Below, piece by piece: positions 10,708-20,619 of a stretch of 25,266 bases of DNA. A program made the position numbers and the translations under genes. Origin of the DNA: Chiloscyllium plagiosum (taxonomy: Eukaryota); assembly GCF_004010195.1 (NCBI RefSeq), contig NC_057720.1, forward strand, positions 19,459,717 through 19,484,982, read 5' to 3'. The notes beneath the pieces are model-generated. The model saw only the letters and a list, made by a program, of their open reading frames with translations. It did no database searches and was not told where the DNA came from. Numbering within the stretch: the stretch's first letter is position 1; each line of letters starts with the position of its first letter.

Positions 10708-10770
10708 AGGCTGGGTCTTGATCCCTGATCTTTCAGGTCCAAGGTAAGGGACATGTACCACAAGACCCTT
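10708..10770 (-). mobile_element. Inverted, diverged second copy of the short SINE head
   Basis: Reverse complement GGGTCTTGTGGTACATGTCCCTTACC...GGGATCAAGACCCA resembles the 10186-10648 head. Confidence 0.4.
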
Positions 10771-11100
10771 TGGATTGTATCTTGCAGTCAATTGCTCAAT
10801 GCTAAATCAGATTCTTAAACCACCAGCAGGCTCAAAACAATATCCTTAAGGAAATTACACACAAAGTAATAAAGTTAAATGGAAGCATTAGGTCAGACTA
10901 GGGAAATATGGATCTCCATTCAATTGGAGGTACTTTGGGAATGTGTGGGGAAAGCTGACAGATGATAACATGTACAAACAAAATAAAGAAATGAAATGGT
11001 TTTCACAAAATCTATAACTGATGGTTAAGTTGTCAATCTTCCTTCCCACCTAACCGCTCCACCTTCCTCTGCGACCAATCACCTTTACCCCACCTCCTTG

Positions 11101-11161
11101 TGGGCGGCGCGGTGGCACAGTGGTTAGCACTGCTGCCTCACAGCGCCAGAGACCCGGGTTC
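11101..11161 (+). mobile_element. 5' head of a young HE1 SINE running into the gap
   Basis: GGGCGGCGCGGTGGCACAGTGGTTAGCACTGCTGCCTCACAGCGCCAGAGACCCGGGTTC: intact A box, start of B box, CpGs preserved. Confidence 0.88.
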
Positions 11162-11340
11162 NNNNNNNNNNNNNNNNNNNNNNNNNNNNNNNNNNNNNNN
11201 NNNNNNNNNNNNNNNNNNNNNNNNNNNNNNNNNNNNNNNNNNNNNNNNNNNNNNNNNNNNNNNNNNNNNNNNNNNNNNNNNNNNNNNNNNNNNNNNNNNN
11301 NNNNNNNNNNNNNNNNNNNNNNNNNNNNNNNNNNNNNNNN
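11162..11340. other. Assembly gap (179 N)
   Basis: Run of N. Confidence 1.
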
Positions 11341-11552
11341 TGCCTGAAACGTCGATTTTCCTGCTCCTCGGATGCTGCCTGACCTGCTGTGCTTTTCCAG
11401 CACTCCTCTAATCTCGACTCTAATCTCCAGCATCTGCAGTCCTCACTTTCACCTAGGTTGACGTTATTGTGTGTGTGTGTCATGATTCACGGCAGTACAT
11501 GCCAGGAAGATTTTATTTTGATTTTCTGCTGAGTTAGTTATTCTCAACAAAT

Positions 11553-11675
11553 TAGAGTCATAGAATCAGAGTTATATAGCACAGAAACTGACCCTTCAGT
11601 CCAGCTAGCTCATGCCAACCACGTTCCGAAACTGAACGAGTTCCATTTGCCTGCAATTGGTCCACATCCGTCTAA
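11553..11675 (-). mobile_element. CR1 3'-UTR fragment
   Basis: AGAGTCATAGA tail and AGCACAGAAACTGACCCTTC, as in other minus-strand copies. Confidence 0.8.
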
Positions 11676-11837
11676 GCAAAAGTGAGGACTGCAAATCAGC
11701 TACACATTATCGGTTATGTGGATCACATCTCACCACATCTTCCTGATTTGGGAATGCAGACACGACGGTGTGACAATTGGTACTCAGTGACAGCAGCATT
11801 GTTCCCAACACTGTTGAATATTTAGGACAACAGTTAT

Positions 11838-12345
11838 ATAGTCATAGGGTGATAGAGATGTATAGCACGAAAACAGACCCTTTGGTCCAACTCATCCATG
11901 CCAACCAGATATCCCAACCCAATCTAGTCAAACCTGCCAGCACCTGGCCATATCCCTCCAAACCCTTCCTATTCATATACCCATCCAAATGCCTCTTAAA
12001 GGTTGCAATTGTACCAGCCTCCACTATTTCCTATGGCAGCTCATTCCATACGTGTACCACCCTCCGTAGAAATGTTACCCCTTGGGTCTCTTATCTTTTC
12101 CCTCTCACCCTAAACCTATGCCCTCTAGTTTTAGCTTCCCACACTCCAGGTAAAAATACTTTGTCTATTTATCCTATCCATGCCCCTCATGATTTTGTAA
12201 AATGTCCTGTACAGCCGCAACATGACCTCCAAACTCCTGTACTCAATACTCTGACCAATAAAGGAAAGCATACCAAACACCGCCTTCACTATCCTATCTA
12301 TTTGCGACTCCACTTTCAGAGAGCTATGAACCTGCATTCCAAGAT
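11838..12345 (-). mobile_element. CR1/HER1 3' fragment with internal deletions
   Basis: EAGTIATFKRHLDGYMNRKG and QVHSSLKVESQIDRIVK peptides; segment missing at ~12200 relative to 7338-8296. Confidence 0.92.
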
Positions 12346-12349
12346 GGTT

Positions 12350-12470
12350 TTGTTCAGATGTTCTTACCTAAAACCGTTAAAATTTGCGTTTCTCCAATTT
12401 AGAACTTCAACTTTTAGATCTGGTCTATCCTTTTCCATTCGTGTTTTAAAACTAATAGAATTATGGTCGA
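12350..12470 (-). mobile_element. CR1 endonuclease-end fragment abutting the 3' fragment
   Basis: Minus strand reads DHNSISFKTRMEKDRPDLKVEVLNWRNANFNG, homologous to 17745-17845. Confidence 0.8.
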
Positions 12471-12946
12471 TGCAGGGATTTACTGATGATATTGTGCTAC
12501 TTTCAAATCATAATAAAGGAGACACTAATAACATGTCAACTTTCAATTCTTTGTTCTCCTCAATTTTAGATAATTTTCACTGTTTTTGATAACCTCTCTT
12601 TAGCAAAGAACCCAAAGAGTTTGATTAACTATTCAAAGCCATAATGTTTACTCAAGGTCATTGAGCAAGATATGACAATTGGTTGCACTATGACGTCACA
12701 CTCAAGAAGCCAGTGTAAGACTTGGCAATGTGTACTGGTAGACTGTCTGTCTGACGCCTTGACCTGTCATCCACTCACATGAATATTCAGCAATTGATCT
12801 TGGAATGGAGTTTTCTGCATTTAATACCGGGTACTGAAGCCACTTCTAAAGTCTCCAGTGCCACTGTGGCTGCTTGAACACAGAGCCAGGAGCAAAAACA
12901 GAACAATTTTCCAACTCAGATACTTTCTCCCAAATTTTCCCTCCAA

Positions 12947-13170
12947 TCCTCTTCAGCCAGAGGGTGGTTAATCTTCGGAACTCATTGCTGTGGAGGTTAT
13001 GACAACCAAGTCACTGGGTATATTTAGGATAACGGTAGATAGGTTCTTGATTGGTAAAGGAATTAAAGGTTACAGGGAAATGGCAGGAGAATGAGGTTGA
13101 GAAGATATCAGCCTAGATCAAACGACAGAACTGAGTCAATGGGCTGAATGGCCTAATTCTGCTACTATCT
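12947..13170 (+). mobile_element. CR1 3' fragment (TCTTATGG-tail family); tail remnant resumes at ~13600-13607
   Basis: TTCAGCCAGAGGGTGGTTAATCTTCGGAACTCATTGC (FSQRVVNLRNSL); GGGCTGAATGGCCTAATTCTGCT. Confidence 0.85.
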
Positions 13171-13599
13171 AGTCATAGTCATAGAGATGTACAGCACAGA
13201 AACAGATCTTTCAGTCCAATTCATCCATGTCGACCAGACACCCTAAATTAATCTGGTCCCATTTGCCAGCACTTGGTTCATATTCCCTCTAAACCCTTTA
13301 TATTCATATACCCATCCAGATGCCTTTTAAATGTTGTAATTGTACTAGCCTCCATCACTTCCTCTGGTAGCTCATTCTATACACACACCACCCTATGCAT
13401 GAAAAAGTTTCCCCTCAGGTCCTATTTAAATCTTTCCCTTCTCACTCTTAAAATATGCCCTCCAGTTCTGGACTCCCCTACCCCAGGGAAAAGACCTTGT
13501 CTGTTTACCCTATCCATGCCCCTCGTGATTTTATGAACCTCTATAAGGTCATCTCTCAGCCTCAAACCCTGGCAATGTCCTTGTAAATCTTTTCTGAAC
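13171..13599 (-). mobile_element. CR1/HER1 3' fragment inserted in the tail of the preceding CR1
   Basis: AGTCATAGTCATAGAGATGTACAGCAC tail; near-identical to the reverse complement of ~19915-20390 with one internal deletion. Confidence 0.93.
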
Positions 13600-13829
13600 A
13601 TATGGTCGTACTCCCCACATTATCTGGGTCTCTCTGAAGACAGCAACTGGTGTTGGCTCAGATTCTTTAGCAATCATTCCTTGAAGAACCTTTCCAAATC
13701 GATATCTGTGCATTCCCATGACAAGCTGGGATCTTCTGATTTGTAAGCCTTACATGATTTCAGAGCAGGGTTGCAAGTTTCAAGGGGCACCTCCATCACA
13801 TATGCACCGAAAGTATCTTGACATATTGG

Positions 13830-14035
13830 TCCTTTCAAATACAAGCACAGAAACATATTGGGGATATAAATATGGACCTGCAGCCCACCTGCTGCAGTGA
13901 ATGGAATTGTTTGTAGATTAAATTCAGGTAGGAGCTGCCTGCAAGTAGTCAGCTTGTGCTTTATGAGCAATACAACAACATCTTGCATTTCTAAAGCCCC
14001 TTCAACATAGTAAGACATCATAACGTTCTTCATAG
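13830..14035 (+). repeat. Local duplication copy 1 (partner 15285-15517)
   Basis: Collinear match, e.g. ATATAAATATGGACCTGCAGCCCACCTGCTG in both; ~26 bp absent from this copy. Confidence 0.92.
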
Positions 14036-14242
14036 GACAGGTGGCTCATAGTGGCTTCTGTGCATTTTGCAAGTGATTTTCCTCAAGGACTTGCAACTTC
14101 TACCCCATCTAGAGTGTTCCTTGGATTCAACTTCATTCTATTAAATGTGACAAGCTCTCAGATAAATTCCCACAAACCTCACAAATACATCTTGGAGGTG
14201 AAGGTGTGACAGCAAAAACAATTTCTCTCAAAGGTCTTGGCT

Positions 14243-14318
14243 GCTCGACTCAGCTGATTTGAACTTAGAAATATGGGGTTGCTCGACTCAGCTGATTTGA
14301 ACTTAGAAATATGGGGTT
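14243..14318 (+). repeat. Perfect 38-bp tandem duplication
   Basis: GCTCGACTCAGCTGATTTGAACTTAGAAATATGGGGTT at 14243-14280 and 14281-14318. Confidence 0.97.
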
Positions 14319-14524
14319 GAAAGTAACTGGTTGCACATAATCTTTTTCAAATATTTCTCCACTTGTATAGCAATGCTTTAGACCAGGGACACAGAAATCT
14401 CCTAATGTTATTTGCTGCTGCAGTGTAAATTACACATTTCAATGGTGCACTCCAATTTGGACGGATTAGTTAAACACTCGCTATCACTGCAGGGAAGTTC
14501 TGAATCTGACTGTGGCAAGTGCAG

Positions 14525-14587
14525 ATAGGAGCAGATGGAGGCCATTCAGCTCATCAGGTCTGCTCCGCTATTCAGTGAGATCAGCTG
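14525..14587 (-). mobile_element. Short CR1 3'-UTR fragment
   Basis: ATAGGAGCAG...GGCCATTCAGCTCATCAGGTCTGCTCCGCTATTCA. Confidence 0.65.
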
Positions 14588-15284
14588 TCAAAACTGTTTT
14601 CTACCCAAACCTAGCCCCACCCACTCAATCCACTCACACTCAAGTGAAATAATAAAATTACTCAGTCCAGCCCATTCCCCAATATTCCTTCACATTTACC
14701 ACAAGTTGAGCGGAAGTCACATCCTGGATCAGTTCTTAATCGCAATGCATTGTCCTTTGCCAATGCCAAACATCAAGGAAATACCGTGCGCTCACTAAAA
14801 ATCAAAAGGGACTACACACCAACACGCTTAACTTAGGTCTCAGAACCAGTCTGCCATTTTCTTTACTTTCATGTATCTTCTGAGTGACAACTTTTCCTTT
14901 CATTGTGCTGTGTTCTGCCAGTTCCCAGTGGAAAGTCAATGGACAAAAGACTACATCTTTCAAATCTCCACCTGCTATCAATGCTGCTGGATCTTTTTAT
15001 TGGAATTCAAATTAGCCCGTCTCTCTGAAAAAAGCTGACTGAGCACCAATCTTCTTGAATTTCATCTCATGCTGCTCCCAGGAAGAAATGGATGAAAGAC
15101 TCTCCCACCTTCCAATGAATGTGAGGTGTTGACTGATAACTACTGAGAAAAGTTAACAAATTACTTATCGCTTTTGTGAGAAACAACTTCCATTATCAAC
15201 AACCTTTCATCTCAATGACGTTTTATTTAGCTTGTAAGAATACTTAGCCCAGCTGAGAAAAAATAAAGTCACTCTTTTACAAAA

Positions 15285-15517
15285 TCCTTTCAAACACAAG
15301 CACAGAAACATATTGGTGCATTGTTCTATTAACAGTCCACCGGAATATAAATATGGACCTGCAGCCCACCTGCTGTGGTGAATGGAATTGTTTGTGGATT
15401 AAATTCAGGTGGGAGCTGCCTGCAAGCGGTCAGCTGGTGCTTTAAGAGCAATACAATAACATCTTGCATTTATAAAGCCCCTTCAACATAATAAAACCAT
15501 CAGGAAGTTCTTCATAG
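15285..15517 (+). repeat. Local duplication copy 2 (partner 13830-14035)
   Basis: Collinear match to copy 1; includes the L2 tail. Confidence 0.92.
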
Positions 15518-15670
15518 AAGTGGTTTCAAACAAAATTTCATACCACGCCATATAAGGAGCATTAGGGGTGGCAGTCGAATGTTTGCACAAAGATTTTAAG
15601 CACTATCTAAAAGAAAGAAAAATAAGTCAAGATTGGGAGAGATTTGGGGTGGGAATTCAAGAGCTTGAGG
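15452..15670 (-). mobile_element. L2-clade LINE 3' end
   Basis: ACAATAACATCTTGCATTTATAAAGCCCCTTCAACAT...CAAACAAAATTT...GGGAATTCAAGAGCTT resembles the reverse complement of an L2 terminus. Confidence 0.6.
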
Positions 15671-15675
15671 AATTG

Positions 15676-15972
15676 ACATTCGAGCCTGAAATGGACAGAA
15701 TTTTAATCTGTAAGGGTTTCAAGGGTTATGGGGAAAAGGCAAGAAAGTGGAGTTGAGGATTACCAGATCAGCCATGATCTTTTGAATAGTGGTCATGATG
15801 TGCTGGTGATGCACTGGGGTGGACAAAGTTAAAAATCCCACATCACCAGGTTATACTCCAACAGGTTTATTTGGAAGTACAAGCTTTCGGACCACTGCTC
15901 CTTCAGCTAGCTGGTATAGTGCAGCAGACTTGATGGGCTGAATGGCCTATATCTCTTCTGTCTTATGGTTAT
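15676..15972 (+). mobile_element. CR1 3' fragment interrupted by a Penelope piece
   Basis: KGFKGYGEKARKWS* then ATCAGCCATGATC | GCAGACTTGATGGGCTGAATGGCC...TCTTATGG. Confidence 0.85.
15792..15915 (-). mobile_element. Penelope-like pLTR fragment (third family) with degenerate hammerhead and 6-bp TSD
   Basis: Minus strand CUGA(---)A-GGAGC(AGU)GGUCC-GAAA-GC-UU; ATAGTG at 15786-15791 and 15916-15921. Confidence 0.65.
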
Positions 15973-16118
15973 CTGAAATTAGGGCTGCTTAAGGGATCTG
16001 TCTCTTGATTAAATTTTAAAAATATATAAGCCATAAGTATTAAATTAGCCTGGAGCAGTGTTTTGTAGAGAAATAAGACGGTACAATTTTCTGGGTCTAT
16101 AGATTGGAAGAAGCAAAA

Positions 16119-17040
16119 ATGGCCCTTAGTAGAGTGATATGCTCTTCTTGTTGGATATGGGAGTTTCAGGAGAGTTTAAGGGTTACTGAGGTTTATATCT
16201 ACAATAAATGTTGCTGGTTGCAAATTCTTTCATATCGAATGGATTGGTTGGAGCAACAGTTAGAGGCAATGAGAAATTTACAAGAGCTAGGGGGTGTGAT
16301 GGATGGCAGTTATAGGAAGGGAAAAAAGCCACAGATACAGTCAGGTAAATGGGCTAACTCCAAGAAAGGTAGGAGGGCTAGGCAGGTAGTACAGTATCCC
16401 CATTTCAAACAATTATGCTGTTTTGGAAAGCATAGGGGTGATGGACTTTCAGGGGAATGTAGCATGAACAGCCAAGTTTCTGGTATCAAGACTGGCTCTA
16501 ATGTAATCAGGGGTACACCGGGTTCCAAGCAATCAATTAAGTTAGGGGACTGGCTAGTCAGGGGCACAGACAGACGTTTTTGCGGTCAGTAGAGAAAAAT
16601 CAGAATAGTGTGTTGCCTTCCTGGTGACAGGATTAAGGATGTCTCAGAGAGGGTGCAGAATGTTCTCAAAGGGGAGAGGGACAAGCAGGAGGTCATTGTA
16701 CACATTGGTACCAATGACATAGGAAGGGAAAAAGATGAGATTCTGAAGGGAGAATATAGAAAGTTAGGCAGGAATTTAAAAAAGAGGTCGTTGAGGGTAG
16801 TCACGTCTGGATTACTCCCAATACCATGAGCTAGTGAGGATAGGAATACTAGGATAGAGCAGCTGAAGGCATGGCTGAGGAGCTGGTATATAGCAGAAGG
16901 ATTCCCATTTTTGGATCATTGGAATCTCTTCTGGGGTAGAAGTGACCTGTACAAGAAGGACAGATTGCACCTGAATTGGAAGGGGACCAATATACTGGCA
17001 GGGAGATTTGCAAGAGCTGCTCGGAAGGATTTCGAGGTGG
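16119..17040 (+). pseudogene. CR1 ORF1 remnant: zinc finger/coiled coil plus SGNH (GDSL-like) esterase
   Basis: CSSC...NKC...LEQQLEAM; LGDWLVRGTDRRFCG (GDS block, S to W), CLPG, VHIGTNDIG, KDRLHLNWKG (D-x-x-H); frameshifts and stops. Confidence 0.88.
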
Positions 17041-18114
17041 GGGAGGGTTGTGTCCCAGGGAGATCAATCTGAGACCGGTATACTTGAGAAAAGAAACGAG
17101 TCAAATAGGGCAAGCAGGAACAAACAAGGTAGGACTGCATTTATTTCAATGAAAGAGGCCTAATGGCCAGATACATTCAGGGCATGATTAGGAACATGGG
17201 ACTGGGATATCATAGCAATTACAGAAACATAACTCAGGGATGGACAGGACTGGCAACTTAATGTTCCAGGATACAAATGCTACAGGAAAGACAGAAAGGG
17301 AGGCCAGAGAGGAGGGGGAGTGGCGATTTTGAGAAGGGATAGCATTACAGCTGTTCTGAGGGAGGATATTCCTGGAAATACATCCAGGGAAGTTATTTGG
17401 GTGGAACTGAGAAATAAGAAAGGGATGATCATCTTATTGGGATTGTACTGTAGACCATCTAATAGTCAGCAGGAAATTGAGAAACAAATTTGTAAGGAGA
17501 TTTCAGTTATCTGTAAGAATAATAGGGTGATTATGGTAGGGGATTTTAACTTTCCGTACATAGACTGGGACTGCCATAGCGTTAAGGGTTTAGATGGAGA
17601 GGAATTTGGTATGAGTGCACAAGAAAATTTTCTGATTCAGTATGTGGATGTACCGACTAGAAAAGGGGCAAAACTTGACCTACTCTTAGGAAATAAGGCA
17701 GGGCAAGTGACTGAGGTGTCAGTGGGGGAGCACTTTGGAGCCTGCAACTATAATCCTATCAGTTTAAAATAGTGATGGAAAATGATAGACCAAAGCTAAA
17801 AGTTGGGGTTCTAAATTGGAGGAGCGATGATTTTAATGGTATTAGGGAAGAACTTTCAAAAGCTGATTGGGTGCAGATGTTCACAGGTAAAGGGATAGTT
17901 GGAAAACGGAAAGCCTTCAGAAATGAGATAACAAGAGTACAGAGACAGTTCTGTTAGGGTTAAAGGAAAGGCTGGTAGGTATAGAGGATGCTGGATGACT
18001 AGAGATATGTCAGGTATAGACAGGATAGATTGAGTGAATCCTCAGAAGAGTATAAAGTCAGTAGGTGTATATTTAAGAGGGAAATCAGGAGGGCAAAAAG
18101 GGGACGTGAGATAG

Positions 18115-18425
18115 ATTTTAGATTCCCTACAGTATAGAAACAGGCCCTTCAGCATAACAAGTCCACACTGACCCTCCAAAGAGTAACCCACCCAGACCCA
18201 TTCTCCTACCCTGACTAATGCACCTAACACTATGGGCAATTTAGCATGGCCAATTCGCCTGACCTGCATATATTTGGATTATGGGAGGAAACCAGAGCAA
18301 CCGGAGGAAATCCACACAGACATGGGAAGAATGTGCAAACTCCATGCAGACAGTCGCCCAAGGCTGGAATTGAACCCCGGTCCCTGGCACCATAAGATAG
18401 TAGTGCTAACCACTGCTTTAGCAAC
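18115..18425 (-). mobile_element. HE1-type SINE inserted antisense into CR1 ORF2
   Basis: Collinear with 4906-5190; A box CAGTGGTTAGCAC and B box GGTTCAATTCC on the minus strand; GATAG at 18110-18114 and 18426-18430. Confidence 0.92.
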
Positions 18426-18879
18426 GATAGGTTTGGCAAATAGAGTGAAGGAGAAGCCAAGGGTTTTTACAAATACGTTAAAGACAAAAGGGTAACTAGG
18501 GTGAGAATAGGGCCCCTCAAAGATCAGCAAGGCAGCCTTTGTGTGGAGCCGCAGGAGATGGGGGAGATACTAAACGAGTATTTACATCAGCATTTACTGT
18601 GAAGAAGGACATGGAAGATATAGAATGTAGGGAAATAGATGATGACATCTTGAAAAATGTCCATGTAACAGAGGAGGAAGTGCTAGATGTCTTGAAATGC
18701 ATAAACGTGAATAAATCCCCAGGACCTGATCTGGAGTACCCAAGAATTCTGTGGGAAGCTAGAGAAGTGATTGCTGGGCCTCTTGCTGAGATATTTGTAT
18801 CATCAATAGTCAAAGGTCAGGTCCCAGAATACTGGAGGTTGGCAAACATGGTGCCACTATTTAAGAAAGGTGGTAAGGA

Positions 18880-19026
18880 CTGGCCCGGCTCAAAATCATT
18901 CTGCCTCCAGAAGTCCAACAGGTCGTCAAACTAACCAAAGCTAGCAATCTGCTCACCATCCGCTCCCCCCAGTTCCATGACAAGGTTTTCACTCTGAACT
19001 CATCACACTGTAGAAAGGAATTCAAG
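18880..19026. other. 147-bp insertion of unknown origin with 20-bp target duplication
   Basis: TTTAAGAAAGGTGGTAAGGA (18860-18879) and TTTAACAAAGGTGATAAGGA (19027-19046) flank non-CR1 sequence. Confidence 0.85.
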
Positions 19027-20619
19027 TTTAACAAAGGTGATAAGGAAAGGCCAGGGAGTTATAGAACAGGGAGCCTGACACTAGTGGTGGGCAGTTGTTG
19101 GAGTGAATCCTGAGGGACAGGATGTACACATATTTGGAAAGGCAAGGACTGACAAGGAATAGTCAACATGGCTTTGTGCGTGGGAAATCATGTCTCACAA
19201 ACTTGATTGAGCTTTTTGAACTAGAAACAAAGAAGATTGATGAGGGCAGAATGGTAGGCGTGATCTATATGGACTTCAGTAAGGCATTCGACAATGTTCC
19301 CCATGGGAGACTGGTGAGCAAGGTGAGATCTCATGGAATACAGGGAGAACTCGCCATTTGGATACAGAACTGGCTCAAAGGTAGAAGACAGAAGGTGGTG
19401 GTGGAGGGTTTTTTTTCAGACTGGAGGCCTGTGACCATTGGAGTACCACAAGAATCGGTGCTGGGTCCACTACGTTTTTGATTTATATAAATGATTTGGA
19501 TGTGAGCATAAGAGATATAGTTAGTAAGTTTGCAGATGACACCAAAATTGGAAGTATAGTGGACAGCGTGGATTACAATTGGATCTTGACCAGATGGGCC
19601 AATGGGCTGAGGCATGGCAGATGGAGTTTAATTTAGATAAGTGTAAAGTGCTGCATTTTGGGAAAGCAAAACTTAGTAGGACTTATACACTTAATGGTAA
19701 GGTCCTAGGGAGTGTTGCTGAACAAAGAGACCTTGCAGTGCATAGCTCCTTGAAAGTGGAGTCGCAGGTAGATAGGATAGTGAAGAAGGTGTTTGTATGC
19801 CTTCCTTTATTGGTCAGATTATTGAGTACAGGAGTTGGGAGGTCATGTTGCGGCTGTACAGGATGTTGGTTCTGCCACTTTTGGAATATCGGAAGGATGT
19901 TGTGAAACTTGAAAGGGTTCAGAAAAGATTTACAAGGATGTTGCCAGGGTTGGAGGATTTAAGCTATAGAGAGAGGCTGAACAGGCTGGGGTTGTTTTCC
20001 CTGGAGCATTGGACGCTGAGGGGTGACCTCATAGAGGTTTATAAAATCACGAGGGGCATGGATAGGGTAAATAGACAAAGTCTCTTCCCTGGGGTGGGGG
20101 AGTCCAGAACTAGAGGGCATATGTTTAGGGTGAGATGGGAGAGATATAAAAGGGACCTAAGGGGCAACTGTTTCATGCAAAGGGTGGTATGTGTATGGAA
20201 TAAGCTGCCAGAGGAAGTAGCGGAGGCTGGTACAAATGCAACATTTAAAAGGCATCTGGATGGGTACATGAATAGGAAGGGTTGAGAGGGATATGGGGCA
20301 AGTGCTGTCAAATGGGACTAGATTAGTTTGGGATATCTAGTCTGCATTGATGAGTTGGACTGAAGGGTCAGTTTCTGTGCTGTACGTCTCGATAACTCTT
20401 TGTAGGAATTGAAAAGTGTAAAGAAATGTCTGGGTGTGAAAGGCTGAAAAAGAGTACAGAATCACAACCAAGACACAGAGATAACACGAGAGGGAAAACA
20501 TAACCTCATAGCAAAATTTAGTTTTGATTTCATTTTTTCAGCTTATGGAATTCCAGGAAAACAGTGAGTTCTGCCAAAGCCCAAGGCAATGATTCAACAA
20601 TATGGACGTAAGAAACAGA

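Larger units (their letters stand above)
11033..11454 (+). mobile_element. Penelope-like pLTR interrupted by an HE1 SINE and the assembly gap
   Basis: C-rich pLTR-like segment at 11033-11098 (less certain); after the gap GCCTGAAACGTCGATT...CAGCATCTGCAGTCCTCACTTTC (11341-11454). Confidence 0.7.
17137..20330 (+). pseudogene. CR1 ORF2 remnant: APE endonuclease plus reverse transcriptase
   Basis: IIAITET, RGGGVAI, GDFNFP, LDLLLGN; KSPGPD, QHGFVRGKSCLTNL, YMDFSKAFD, GVPQESVLGP, FADD; broken by stops, frameshifts and two insertions. Confidence 0.95.
15990..20400 (+). mobile_element. Near full-length, inactivated CR1/HER1-type LINE (ORF1, ORF2, 3' UTR)
   Basis: Ordered ORF1, APE and RT motifs followed by the 3' UTR and a degenerate tail at ~20385-20400; 5' boundary approximate. 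Confidence 0.96.

Noticed and set aside
11101..11161. tRNA-like sequence with A and B boxes
   Set aside because: Matches the HE1 SINE heads at 5140-5190 and 18365-18416; a SINE head, not a tRNA gene.
11050..11483. Four ORFs spanning the N run
   Set aside because: Artefacts of the assembly gap.
11777..12589. Longest ORF in the track (270 aa, +)
   Set aside because: Antisense shadow of minus-strand CR1 fragments; it crosses unrelated element boundaries and has no recognisable domain.
13674..14033. 119-aa minus ORF
   Set aside because: Begins in an L2 tail and runs through the duplicated segment; no recognisable domain.
14243..14318. 38-bp repeat as a CRISPR array
   Set aside because: Two abutting units, no spacers, no cas genes, vertebrate context.
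18980..19010. Minus-strand GUGAUGAGUUCAGAGUGAAAAC resembling a hammerhead core
   Set aside because: Lacks C3, helix II overlaps the GAAA box, and no helix I or III pairing was found.
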